From positions 1,032 through 65,031 of the forward strand of contig JAOUKT010000010.1 in NCBI GenBank assembly GCA_029882395.1: DNA of 64,000 nucleotides, in the 5' to 3' direction. Both the position numbers and the translations under genes were made by a program. Below are positions 8,828 to 18,730 of the stretch, one piece after another; the stretch's first letter is position 1, and every line of letters starts with the position of its first letter. The DNA is from Gammaproteobacteria bacterium (GTDB lineage Bacteria > Pseudomonadota > Gammaproteobacteria > SZUA-229). The notes under the pieces are model-generated. The model ran no database searches. It saw nothing but the letters and a program-made list of their open reading frames with translations, and was not told where the DNA came from.

Positions 8828-10027
8828 ATGGCCGCCTTACCCGAACCAGCAGCAGAACAAAAAACGCATAGCCAGAAGCTGCAGCAGAAAATGATCGAAG
8901 CGATCAGAGACTCAGACGGCTCGATCGGTTTTGACCGGTATATGGCCATGGCCCTGTACCAGCCGGGGCTGGGTTATTACGCAGCTGGCGCCCAGAAATT
9001 TGGGGCGGCTGGTGATTTTATTACCTCGCCGGAAGTCTCGCCTTTGTTTGCGCAGTGTCTGGCACGGCAGATACAGCAGGCGATGGTGGCATTGCCCGAT
9101 GCCGTAGTGATTGAGTTTGGTGCCGGTTCCGGAGCGCTGGCAACGGATTTATTACTGGCGCTGGAAAGCTCAGGCAGTTTGCCGCAAGCCTACTGGATAG
9201 TAGAAGTCAGCGCAGAGTTACAGCAGCGTCAACAGCAAAGGCTGAAGCAAAAATGCGCGCAGCTGCTAGACAGGGTGGTCTGGTTGCAGCAACTGCCGGA
9301 TGAAAGCGTCAATGCCGTGGTGATTGCCAATGAAGTGCTGGATGCAATGCCCGTGCGTGCTTTTGAAAAACAAAACGGCGAATTGTTCGAACGAAAAGTC
9401 AGCGAAAACAAACATGAATTAAGCTGGCTGAATATGCCGGCTGATGAAAGCCTTAAGGCCGCGCTAAAAGAAATTGAAGCATCGACAGAACAGCCGCTGC
9501 CTGAAAACTACCGTTCTGAATTTAACCCGTCACTTAAACCCTGGCTCAGCAGCGTTGCGGCGATGCTGAAAAATGGACTGGTATTGCTGATCGATTACGG
9601 CTACGACGCCAGTGAATATTACAGTGCTGAGCGTGAGATGGGCACAATGATGTGTTATTACCGGCATCGGGCACATGACAATGTATTCTTTTACCCGGGG
9701 CTGCAGGACATCACAGCATTTGTCGATTTTACAGCGCTGGCAGAATCGGCGTTTGATTGTGGTTTTGAGGTGATGGGTTATACCACCCAGGCGCAGTTTT
9801 TATTTGGCTGTGGGCTGGCAGAAATATTCGAAAACAAAATGGCACAATTGTCAGCAGACTCTGTCAAACAACAGCTGCATTTGTCACAGCAGGTCAAAAC
9901 CCTAACATTGCCCGGCGAAATGGGTGAGCGTTTCAAAGTCATGGCATTGGGGAAAAATTGCCAGACAGATGAAACAGGGCAAGGCTTAATGGGTTTCACA
10001 GTTGCAGACCTCAGACGCCGTCTTTAA
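8828..10027 (+). CDS. SAM-dependent methyltransferase, MidA/NDUFAF7 family
   Basis: FDRYMAMALYQPGLGYY, GDFITSPE, EFGAGSG, ANEVLDAMP, IDYG, QDITAFVDF, EMGERFKV. Confidence 0.92.
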   Translation: MAALPEPAAEQKTHSQKLQQKMIEAIRDSDGSIGFDRYMAMALYQPGLGYYAAGAQKFGAAGDFITSPEVSPLFAQCLARQIQQAMVALPDAVVIEFGAGSGALATDLLLALESSGSLPQAYWIVEVSAELQQRQQQRLKQKCAQLLDRVVWLQQLPDESVNAVVIANEVLDAMPVRAFEKQNGELFERKVSENKHELSWLNMPADESLKAALKEIEASTEQPLPENYRSEFNPSLKPWLSSVAAMLKNGLVLLIDYGYDASEYYSAEREMGTMMCYYRHRAHDNVFFYPGLQDITAFVDFTALAESAFDCGFEVMGYTTQAQFLFGCGLAEIFENKMAQLSADSVKQQLHLSQQVKTLTLPGEMGERFKVMALGKNCQTDETGQGLMGFTVADLRRRL

Positions 10028-10081
10028 CAGCCAGTGGCAGAAAAAATAATTAAAAAACAGTATAAATTATAGGAAAATATT

Positions 10082-10876
10082 TTGGATTTAATACAGATAG
10101 TTGTTTTAGCATTGGTACAGGGGTTAACTGAATTTCTGCCAATATCCAGTTCAGCGCATTTGATTTTGGTACCCTTATTAAGCGAGTGGCAAGACCAGGG
10201 CCTGGCGTTTGATGTCGCGGTACACGTTGGCACCTTATTGGCGGTAGTGCTTTATTTCAGAAAAGAGCTGGCAGACATGGCTGTCGACTGGTTTGGCTCG
10301 ATACAGGGCAAACATACTGATAACAGCCGTCTGGCATGGGCTGTTTTGTTTGGCACCATTCCGGTGGGTTTATGTGGTTTATTGTTTAATGGTTTTATCA
10401 AAGAGGCACTGCGCGGCGCGATGGTGATTGCGGCAACGCAGTTTGTTTTTGCGGCATTGCTCTGGTGGGCAGACAGCAAAGGCCGTCGTAACCGCAATGA
10501 ATACAGCATCCGCTGGAAGGATGTATTGATTATTGGCGTGGCGCAGGCAATCGCGCTCATCCCAGGAGTGTCGCGCTCAGGCATAACAATCACAGCGGCG
10601 CTGATGATAGGTTTAACACGAGATGCCGCCGCGCGTTTTTCATTTCTGTTGTCGATACCGGTGATTGTGTTCGCAGGCGGCCTGGAAACCCTGCATTATT
10701 TATCGGTGGCGAAAGGCGGTGATTATTCCTCACTGATTATCGGTGCTATCATTTCCGGCATCAGTGCTTTTGCCTGTATTCACTATTTCCTTAAGTTGCT
10801 TGATAAAATTGGCATGATGCCATTCGTTGTCTATCGATTTATACTGGGCATGGTGTTAGTTATTATGTTTATTTAG
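10082..10876 (+). CDS. uppP: Undecaprenyl-diphosphate phosphatase
   Basis: QGLTEFLPISSSAHL and PGVSRSGITI signature motifs; TTG start. Confidence 0.96.
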   Translation: MDLIQIVVLALVQGLTEFLPISSSAHLILVPLLSEWQDQGLAFDVAVHVGTLLAVVLYFRKELADMAVDWFGSIQGKHTDNSRLAWAVLFGTIPVGLCGLLFNGFIKEALRGAMVIAATQFVFAALLWWADSKGRRNRNEYSIRWKDVLIIGVAQAIALIPGVSRSGITITAALMIGLTRDAAARFSFLLSIPVIVFAGGLETLHYLSVAKGGDYSSLIIGAIISGISAFACIHYFLKLLDKIGMMPFVVYRFILGMVLVIMFI

Positions 10877-10888
10877 GATGGTCATTAT

Positions 10889-11308
10889 ATGAGTGCTACA
10901 ACTTCACCGTTCGAAGGTCAAAAATTAAAATATTTCTGGCTCTGGTTACTGCTGGGCTATTTGTATCTGGCCTATATCATTTTCGGTTCATTAACACCCA
11001 GCCCGGTAGAGGTGCATATTGATGACTTTGATAAAATCATGCACTTTTCAGCTTACGCCATACTGATGATGTGGTTTGCGATGATATTTTATAATGCCCG
11101 TGCCCGTGTGCTGCATGCGGTGGCGTTTGTGGCGCTTGGCGTCGCGTTGGAATTTGCGCAGCAAGCTGGCGGTGTGCGTTATTTTGAATTCAGTGACATG
11201 GTCGCCAATAGTCTCGGTGTGCTCGCCGGTTATGCCGTGACCAGAGGCTGTGGCAAATACCATTTGCTACGTATCGAACAAAAATTGTTGAACAAGGCTT
11301 CTGCATAA
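10889..11308 (+). CDS. VanZ family membrane protein
   Basis: DKIMHFSAY, LEFAQ, RYFEFSDMVANSLG. Confidence 0.85.
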   Translation: MSATTSPFEGQKLKYFWLWLLLGYLYLAYIIFGSLTPSPVEVHIDDFDKIMHFSAYAILMMWFAMIFYNARARVLHAVAFVALGVALEFAQQAGGVRYFEFSDMVANSLGVLAGYAVTRGCGKYHLLRIEQKLLNKASA

Positions 11309-12027
11309 TGTCGAAAGACAGTATTTATTCAAAACGGCAGAATGTGGTGGATTTTGTCTTTGATGAAAATGTCGCCAATGTTTTCACTGATATGATCCGC
11401 CGTTCTGTACCTGGTTATGAAAGTATCATCACCATGCTCGGAGTGTTTGCAGAACAATACGTGCAAGACAATTCGGCTGTCTATGACCTGGGCTGTTCAT
11501 TAGGAGCCGCTACTTTATCAATGCGTGCAAGGTTGCTGCATAAAAATTGCCAGATGATAGCGATTGATAATTCAGAGGCAATGGCAGAAAGATGTCAGCA
11601 GAATATTGGTTTGCAAGAAGGGCCTGATGTGAGCGTGAGCTGTGCCGATATACGCGAAATAGAATTTGAAGCGGCTTCACTGTCAGTGCTGAACTTCACC
11701 TTGCAGTTTTTACCGCTTAACGATCGCGAACTGTTGTTGAAAAAAATAGCAGACAATACCTTGCCACGCGGCGCACTGGTATTATCAGAAAAAATCAAAT
11801 TCAATGACAGCGGCGAAGCACAGCTAAATGAAGAGCTGCACCTGGCCTTTAAAAAAGCCAATGGCTATAGTGAGCTAGAAATTGCGCAAAAACGCTCGGC
11901 TATTGAAAATGTTTTGATACCCGAAACGCTTAATGTGCACCTTGAGAGACTGAGTTCTGCTGGCTTTTCTCAGGCAGTGGTTTGGTTTCAGTGTTTTAAC
12001 TTTGTTTCGATCATTGCGATTAAATAA
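11308..12027 (+). CDS. cmoA: Carboxy-S-adenosyl-L-methionine synthase
   Basis: DFVFDENVANVFTDMIRRSVPGY, YDLGCSLG, NFTLQF, NGYSELEIAQKR. Confidence 0.95.
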   Translation: MSKDSIYSKRQNVVDFVFDENVANVFTDMIRRSVPGYESIITMLGVFAEQYVQDNSAVYDLGCSLGAATLSMRARLLHKNCQMIAIDNSEAMAERCQQNIGLQEGPDVSVSCADIREIEFEAASLSVLNFTLQFLPLNDRELLLKKIADNTLPRGALVLSEKIKFNDSGEAQLNEELHLAFKKANGYSELEIAQKRSAIENVLIPETLNVHLERLSSAGFSQAVVWFQCFNFVSIIAIK

Positions 12028-12116
12028 GTGTCGCAGCCTTTACTATTTTATTTTGTCATTATCCGAGCATGGCTAGGGCAGAGACCGATTGTATTAACAG
12101 CAAGTAAAAGTAGCCA

Positions 12117-13109
12117 ATGAAATCGACGATTGATTATTCGCCATTGTTCGAAAAACTAAAAGATACTGAGCTTGAGCCCTGGCTTGCTGCATTGCCCGTG
12201 CAGCTGGATGAAAAACTCTATAATATTAATCATGGCGATATGTCGGCATGGGAAGCCGTGCTCGAATTATTACCGACAATAATACCAGAGGCTATCGAAC
12301 TGACAGCGTCAGCAATAAAAATTGGTGGCGGCGGAGAGCTCGATGACGCATCAAAAAAGCAGCTGAAGGAAAAACTGCAGGTTTTAATGCCCTGGCGTAA
12401 AGGCCCATTCGATTTATTCGGTGTGTATATCGATACCGAATGGCGTTCTGACTGGAAATGGCAGCGGCTTGAGAAATCACTGTCGCCATTGAAGGGCCGG
12501 AAAATCCTCGACGTCGGCTGTGGTAACGGTTACCACCTGTGGCGCATGGCGGCGCATCAGCCTGAGCTGGTAATCGGTGTCGATCCGGGTTTGAAATATG
12601 TTTATCAGTTTGAAATCATGCGGCGTTATATCAACAAAGCTGTCGGCAATGATAACGCCTTTTTACTACCGTTAGGGATTGAAGACGTACCGGCTTTAAA
12701 AGCCTTTGATACTGTTTTTTCAATGGGGGTTTTCTATCACCGCAAATCGCCGATTGATCATTTAATTGAATTGCGTGATTGCCTGCGCAGCGGTGGTGAG
12801 CTGGTGCTGGAAACCTTGATTATCGATGGTAAAGATGGGGAGGTGTTATTGCCGGAAGATCGTTATGCGCAAATGCGTAATGTCTGGTTTTTGCCAAGTG
12901 TACCAACATTAGAGGCCTGGATGAAACGCTGTGGTTATAAAAATATCCGTGTAGTAGATGTTAGTGTCACCACAATTGAAGAACAGCGTTCAACTGAGTG
13001 GATGAATTTTCATTCACTGCAGCAGTTTTTAGATCCGGCAGATCACACGAAGACGATAGAGGGGTATCCGGCGCCGAAGAGGGTGGTGGTTATGGCGGAG
13101 GCGCCGTAG
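12117..13109 (+). CDS. cmoB: tRNA 5-methoxyuridine/uridine 5-oxyacetic acid(34) synthase
   Basis: PWRKGPF, IDTEWRSDWKW, DVGCGNGYH, RYAQMRNVWF, KTIEGYPAP; follows cmoA. Confidence 0.96.
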   Translation: MKSTIDYSPLFEKLKDTELEPWLAALPVQLDEKLYNINHGDMSAWEAVLELLPTIIPEAIELTASAIKIGGGGELDDASKKQLKEKLQVLMPWRKGPFDLFGVYIDTEWRSDWKWQRLEKSLSPLKGRKILDVGCGNGYHLWRMAAHQPELVIGVDPGLKYVYQFEIMRRYINKAVGNDNAFLLPLGIEDVPALKAFDTVFSMGVFYHRKSPIDHLIELRDCLRSGGELVLETLIIDGKDGEVLLPEDRYAQMRNVWFLPSVPTLEAWMKRCGYKNIRVVDVSVTTIEEQRSTEWMNFHSLQQFLDPADHTKTIEGYPAPKRVVVMAEAP

Positions 13110-13253
13110 GTCTAGTTTATTGTAGCTTGGGGTAAAACCTTAAAGAGCAAAGGCTATAAATCCGTATGCTTTTTCTGTCTTGCTGTTTCTGTAAAGAGTT
13201 ATATATTCACTAATGATTGATTTATGAAGTAGCAGTATCTTCAAATTTTATGC

Positions 13254-14174
13254 TTATGGGGTTGTATACAGGTAGTAATTACCATTATGCGACCAGTTGT
13301 ATACAGACCACACGCTACCCCCATGTAAACCGGGGTCAATCAGTCCATCAATTCGTTTGTCAATATAAATGGTAAAATCACATAAGTCATTAGGGTAATA
13401 AGTATTCACACTACCGAAATCTTCATATAGTATTTGATATAGGCCCTGATCGGGAATGTCATAGACATTAAAACTTGCGCAATCATTTCCGTTAATATTA
13501 GTCCAAGAAAATTGTAATGCCACCGATGAGTTTTCAGTTACTGGCTCCCATTGAATCTGAATTGTATCTGTTGTTCTTGAATAGACCTCATTACCAATCG
13601 GGGATGTGATGGTTATGTGTTGCGGTACTTGAAGTATATTTCCTTCTGAATCCACATGATTTGGCCTTTTTATTTTTACTTCTGCCGTATCTCCAATAAT
13701 TGTGTGTTCGGGGAATGTAATTGAATAATAATAATCGTATTCAGGGTCGCAATCAAACAGCCAGCAAAGAGCATCCTCTAAACAAGGATAACCAGGTGCG
13801 CAGTTTTCTATTTCATGTTCAATTAAGTCTGGTGAATATTCGACACTATCGATAACAACTACAAGCTCATCGCCATGTGCGAGTATTAACTCATCAACAT
13901 TATGAATCACATTGCCAGAACTAAGTAGCGTTTCACTATGTTTATAAAGATCTATTCTAAATGAGATATGTAAATTGGATTTTGTTAACCTAGCTTCAAG
14001 CTCAATATTACTGGTTTCGATACTACTAATTTCAACATTACTGGTTTCTGTTTGCCCCTGTTCCTCACTCGATTCTGGTTCCGGTATGACTACGCAACCA
14101 ACAAGGAGTAAAGTATATATAGAAATTAGAAAAACATTATGTTTGATATTTGCTGTCATTTTTAATTCATGCAT
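13254..14174 (-). CDS. Hypothetical lipoprotein
   Basis: 306-aa ORF with lipobox LLVG-C; acidic, beta-rich, Cys cluster; AT-rich DNA. Confidence 0.7.
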   Translation of the reverse strand: MHELKMTANIKHNVFLISIYTLLLVGCVVIPEPESSEEQGQTETSNVEISSIETSNIELEARLTKSNLHISFRIDLYKHSETLLSSGNVIHNVDELILAHGDELVVVIDSVEYSPDLIEHEIENCAPGYPCLEDALCWLFDCDPEYDYYYSITFPEHTIIGDTAEVKIKRPNHVDSEGNILQVPQHITITSPIGNEVYSRTTDTIQIQWEPVTENSSVALQFSWTNINGNDCASFNVYDIPDQGLYQILYEDFGSVNTYYPNDLCDFTIYIDKRIDGLIDPGLHGGSVWSVYNWSHNGNYYLYTTP

Positions 14175-14639
14175 TATTTATATGTTGTAACTATAGCAAT
14201 GTAATCAATATAAAATAGCGCATTAAACTGACAGCTTTGTAGGAATTATCTGATTCGGGAATATGGAATGCAGGTTCAATTCGTAGCTTGATCTGTAGTA
14301 TGGGGATTAACAAAAAGATCAAGGAAAAAGTCAAAGGCGTAGGTGGCTGAGCGACTGCAGATTACTTTTCTATCTACAGCAATAGAAAATCAACCAAAAG
14401 AGTGCCGCCCAGTTAATCAATCTCTCATTAGAAAACAATGAAAGATTCATCATTAGCCGAAATATTTCGGCTGCGACGTTCAAATTAGCTATGCAATTTT
14501 CCGTTTGTATTTTACACGGGACGAAAGGAGAGCATCATTGAAATGCGAGTAACAATAAAGACAGTCATCACAGAAAACTCCGAAAGTATTACTCCTTGCT
14601 CGGCTTGCTCAAATGGGGAGAGTGGGTCAAAATCTTAAA

Positions 14640-14695
14640 GACTTAGGACTTAGGACTTAGGACTTAGGACTTAGGACTTAAGACTTAAGACTTAA
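14640..14695. repeat. Heptamer tandem repeat, 5x GACTTAG + 3x GACTTAA
   Basis: Read directly from the sequence. Confidence 0.95.
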
Positions 14696-14730
14696 GTCCA
14701 GAAGTGATAAAGCTGGTGATGGCGGGCAGC

Positions 14731-15081
14731 TTAGTGTCCGAGGTATTGCTCTACAAGAAAAGCGGTTCTGTCGTGGAGATGTTCTTCAAAGTCATTGATG
14801 TTTTTAGAAAATAGCTTTAGGTATCTGCCTGCTTTGTCATGAGATAGCTTTTTGTGGTTGATGTTGTATTCCATTTCCGGCAACGTTTTATTGGTCCTTG
14901 GCACAATGTGCCAGTGAACAAGGTTTGGTTCGATACTGCTGACCTGCTCTTCTACGTACTGACAAAAGTCATTGACGTGCTCTTCACCGCTGGGGCCAAG
15001 GCAGCCTGCTTCTATGCGGAAAATGACAGTGAGCTTTTTTTCATCGGGTAATGTCAGCCTGGCGTTCATGCGAATTTCCAA
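14731..15081 (-). CDS. Hypothetical protein
   Basis: 116-aa ORF with globular composition (FRIEAGCLGPSG, IVPRTNKTLPEMEY); ATG at 15069 is a plausible start. Confidence 0.75.
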   Translation of the reverse strand: MEIRMNARLTLPDEKKLTVIFRIEAGCLGPSGEEHVNDFCQYVEEQVSSIEPNLVHWHIVPRTNKTLPEMEYNINHKKLSHDKAGRYLKLFSKNINDFEEHLHDRTAFLVEQYLGH

Positions 15082-15657
15082 TATAAAAGTGGGATATACG
15101 AGTTCGCTATCTGGATATTACTATCGTGCTGATAGCGAGTTACTCGTAAATTAACCGTGAACAGAAACAACTCTACTGAATTTTAGAAGATTAAATATTA
15201 ATATTTTATGTAAACTGTTAAATTTTTGTGAAATTAACTGGCGACGTATCGATGCGGTCCGTCGTTTGCTGTGAAGTGTGAACAGCCGTAACTTTTGCCG
15301 GTGTATTACAAAGTCAAAGGCATCGAACAGTGAATGATGTCATGGGTCTTTAAGTTGTTAAAATAAAAGCATTTATTTAAGCATGTTTATTATGTGTCTA
15401 TGCTAAAGCCAAGCACTAGCGTTAGCCAAAATGAAAGCTTTCCCGGAGTCGGTCAGTCTCAGGCTTGTTTGACTTTGTGCTAAGAAAGATTAAAGCTAAA
15501 CGCCTGTATCGCGATTCGAAAATCAAACAAAACGCTCGATCTGACTGAAGTTGGTAAAAAACCGTTATAAGGTTTTGATATTCGTCAAAATCAAAAAAAC
15601 TATCCATGATACGATAAATATTATAGAAAATTCTGTATGCACTACTAGTGACGGTAA

Positions 15658-16068
15658 ATGCAACACATAAGCCAGGATGGGCTAACTATCTTTGGTGAGA
15701 TGATGTTAACAAGTGAAAATTTTGATTTTGATGAGTGGCTCAAGCTGGCAAAAAACGATGTTGATGCTTTTGAAATAAAGCGCGATGAATATATAAAACA
15801 ATTTATTGCACAGGCACCGGAAAAATATCACAAGCGCATGAGTGGTGTTCAATGGCGAATTGATATGGAGCGCAATCTTACTGATTCATCTCTGGCATCA
15901 TGCCTGAAAATATATGGGCAAATGTGGGACAGTTTGTGTGGTGACGATGGCTTATGCGAGAAAATGGAGTCTTTTCTATTGTATGTGGAGTCTGCCGATG
16001 TGTTTTGTGATGAAAGCCTCGACAGAAAAAATACTTGCGTTACATCTAATGTGGTTAATTATCGATAA
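15658..16068 (+). CDS. DUF3135-like protein
   Basis: FDFDEWLKLAKNDVDAFE...APEKYHKRMSGVQWRIDMER pattern; true start may be ~15700. Confidence 0.7.
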   Translation: MQHISQDGLTIFGEMMLTSENFDFDEWLKLAKNDVDAFEIKRDEYIKQFIAQAPEKYHKRMSGVQWRIDMERNLTDSSLASCLKIYGQMWDSLCGDDGLCEKMESFLLYVESADVFCDESLDRKNTCVTSNVVNYR

Positions 16069-16341
16069 ATCATCAAATGCGGAATGTAGAATGCTATTCT
16101 GATTGCGATGTTGCTCCACTGGCGATTGAAATAATCGGCTGATGCGGCAATTTGTTTCTAAGTCATTTCGTATCTGATTTATTGTCTTTTAAGAAATAAA
16201 TGTCTGCCACAAAGGTAGCATATATCGGCTGGCTACTAGACTTTGCCATGAGCTAGTGTTGTAGTGGGGAAGATGATTTCAAATCAAGCGGCGCCGTTAT
16301 TAAATCAGACATAACGGCTCCGATGATATTGCTGAAAATAA

Positions 16342-16923
16342 TTAACTCGCTTTTCCAGCGGCCGTCGCTTCTGGTATCTCAACCAGTTCGCCGGTTTTGC
16401 AGTCATAGATATAACCGTAAACGGGGATCTCTGCAGGTACCATGGAATTGCTTTTTATTCTGACGACGTCTTCAACGACGCTTTTTGCATTGTCGCTGAT
16501 GGTTAACCAGTTAATGTATTTGCCATCTGTTGTGCCACCGCCTGCGTTACTGTCGTGCCAGCCACTGGCATCGACAGAGGATGTTTTCAGGCTGCCGGAT
16601 AATAACTCGCTCATGATATCGTTATTGAATGTTTCCATGCCGCAGTCGGTATGGTGAATCACAAACCATTCTTTGGTGCCGAGTAATTTGTAAGAAATGA
16701 CCAGCGAGCGAATGGCATCATCGCTGGCTCTGCCGCCGGCATTGCGAATAACATGCGCGTCGCCTTCTGCCAGGCCGGCATATTTTGCCGGGTCAAGGCG
16801 TGCATCCATACAGGTAAGAATGGCAAATTGCCTGCCTGGCGGCATCGGCAAATTGGCTTTGTCGCCAAAGTTCGAAGCGTATTTAGAATTTGCTGCTGTT
16901 ACTTCATCAACTACTTTACTCAT
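16342..16923 (-). CDS. Beta-class carbonic anhydrase, clade D (family that includes COS/CS2 hydrolases)
   Basis: Zn ligands in TCMDARL and HHTDCGM; RNAGG; VYGYIYD. Confidence 0.9.
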   Translation of the reverse strand: MSKVVDEVTAANSKYASNFGDKANLPMPPGRQFAILTCMDARLDPAKYAGLAEGDAHVIRNAGGRASDDAIRSLVISYKLLGTKEWFVIHHTDCGMETFNNDIMSELLSGSLKTSSVDASGWHDSNAGGGTTDGKYINWLTISDNAKSVVEDVVRIKSNSMVPAEIPVYGYIYDCKTGELVEIPEATAAGKAS

Positions 16924-17310
16924 GGTTAACTCCCGCAGAAATGCCTTTGTTAAAATATTTATCTGGCATGGTTAATGTTTTATTTAAAGTGAACCAAGTA
17001 GCCGTTGGAAATCTACTTAAATGTTCGCTTTGTCTTTTTTATTGTATAAACATTTTTATACTATCAGCTAGACAAATATGGTGCGAAGTATTTTATAGTC
17101 TTTAGCTCAGATTAATTATTGATAATATAAACAGTTATTAATAGTGTGGTGATGCAGAGCGCTTAATTTTTCTGGCTGGCGCGGTTTAAAACTGGGTATG
17201 ACTGTCAATGATTTGTTGTTTCAAGAGGTAAGTTGCAGACGGCTTACGAGCCGCCTGCTTTAATAAGAATGCGCTGGCTGTTAAAAAAGACCAGGAATAG
17301 ATCAAAGGTT

Positions 17311-18657
17311 TTACCAGTCATCATCCGGGTGAACTGGCTCGGCATACAAATCATGCTGGTCGGCATCGGTAATGGTCACTTCAAGAAAGTCGCCAGCCTG
17401 GAAACCATCAATAGCCGGTAAGATCACCATGCCGTCAATGTCAGGCGCATCGGCTTTTGATCTTGCCAGCACTTCTCCGGTTTCTTCATCGTAACCGTCA
17501 ATGTGCACGGTTATTTTTTTACCGATTTTTTGTTGCAGTTTTGCCGCACTGATGTCGGCCTGCTTTAACATGAAACGTTCGAGGCGTTCTTGTTTGAGTT
17601 CTTCCGGCACCGCTCCGGCTAACGCATTGGCTTTTGCACCTTTGACGTCAGAATAGGCAAAAGCACCAACGCGATCAAGCTGTGCTTCGTCTAAAAAGTC
17701 GAGCAGGATCTGAAAGTCTGCCTCGGTTTCACCGGGAAAGCCGGTGATAAAAGTGCTGCGTAAGGTAATGTCGGGACAGATCTCGCGCCATTTTTCAATC
17801 CGTGTTAACACATTTTCTGTGCTGGCCGGGCGTTTCATGTTTTTTAAAACTGACTGGCTCGCATGCTGAAACGGAATGTCGAGATAGGGCAGGATAATGC
17901 CGTCGGCCATCAATGGAATGATGTGGTCAACACTCGGGTACGGGTAAACGTAATGCATGCGTACCCAGACGCCCAGATCGCCAAGGTTTTTTGCCAGTTC
18001 CAGCATGTTGGTTTTGATCGGGCGGGTGCCGTGGAAGTCGGTTCTGTATTTCAGATCAACACCATAGGCGCTGGTGTCCTGTGATATCACCAGTAACTCA
18101 CCGCAGCCAGCATTGACCAGGTTTTCGGCTTCTGTCATCACCGAGCTAATATCGCGGCTGACCAGCTTGCCGCGCAGATCAGGAATGATGCAGAAGGTGC
18201 AGCCGTGGTTACAGCCTTCAGAAATTTTCAAATAGGAATAATGTTTTGGCGTTAGTTTAACGCCGGCAGGCGGTACCAGATCGGTATAAGGGTCATGCGG
18301 TTTGGGTAAATGTTGATGCACAACCTGCATCACTTCGGCCTGGGCATGTGGCCCGGTAACGGCTAGCACATTCGGGTAGTTATCCAGCACCACGGTATCC
18401 TTTGCACCCAGGCAGCCGGTGACGATGACTTTGCCATTTTCGGCCAGGGCTTCACCAATCGTATCCAGTGATTCTTCTACAGCGCTATCAATAAAACCAC
18501 AGGTGTTAATCACCACAAGATCAGAGTCCTGATAGCTGGAGGAGAGCTCATAGCCTTCGGCGCGTAACTGGGTGATTATGTGTTCAGAGTCTACCGTCGC
18601 TTTCGGGCAGCCAAGGCTGACAAAGCCGACTTTCGGGATCTTGGATGAATTGCTCAT
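17311..18657 (-). CDS. rimO: Ribosomal protein S12 methylthiotransferase
   Basis: [18 protein letters not shown], radical-SAM CNHGCTFC, C-terminal TRAM with ADAPDIDG. Confidence 0.96.
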   Translation of the reverse strand: MSNSSKIPKVGFVSLGCPKATVDSEHIITQLRAEGYELSSSYQDSDLVVINTCGFIDSAVEESLDTIGEALAENGKVIVTGCLGAKDTVVLDNYPNVLAVTGPHAQAEVMQVVHQHLPKPHDPYTDLVPPAGVKLTPKHYSYLKISEGCNHGCTFCIIPDLRGKLVSRDISSVMTEAENLVNAGCGELLVISQDTSAYGVDLKYRTDFHGTRPIKTNMLELAKNLGDLGVWVRMHYVYPYPSVDHIIPLMADGIILPYLDIPFQHASQSVLKNMKRPASTENVLTRIEKWREICPDITLRSTFITGFPGETEADFQILLDFLDEAQLDRVGAFAYSDVKGAKANALAGAVPEELKQERLERFMLKQADISAAKLQQKIGKKITVHIDGYDEETGEVLARSKADAPDIDGMVILPAIDGFQAGDFLEVTITDADQHDLYAEPVHPDDDW

Positions 18658-18730
18658 GAGCTGTAGCTATCGAATAGGCTAGAAAGTTAATATTTTAGCA
18701 TATTCAATTTAAACTAAAGCTAAATACTGA

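Noticed and set aside
13106-14360. GTAG-starting words (near 13106, 13122, 14283, 14339) as REP elements
   Set aside because: No convincing palindrome follows them and they do not resemble each other beyond a few bases.
15180-15650. c-di-GMP riboswitch or sRNA in the long intergenic region
   Set aside because: GGCAAA-like words occur, but without the paired stems and downstream motif of a GEMM riboswitch.
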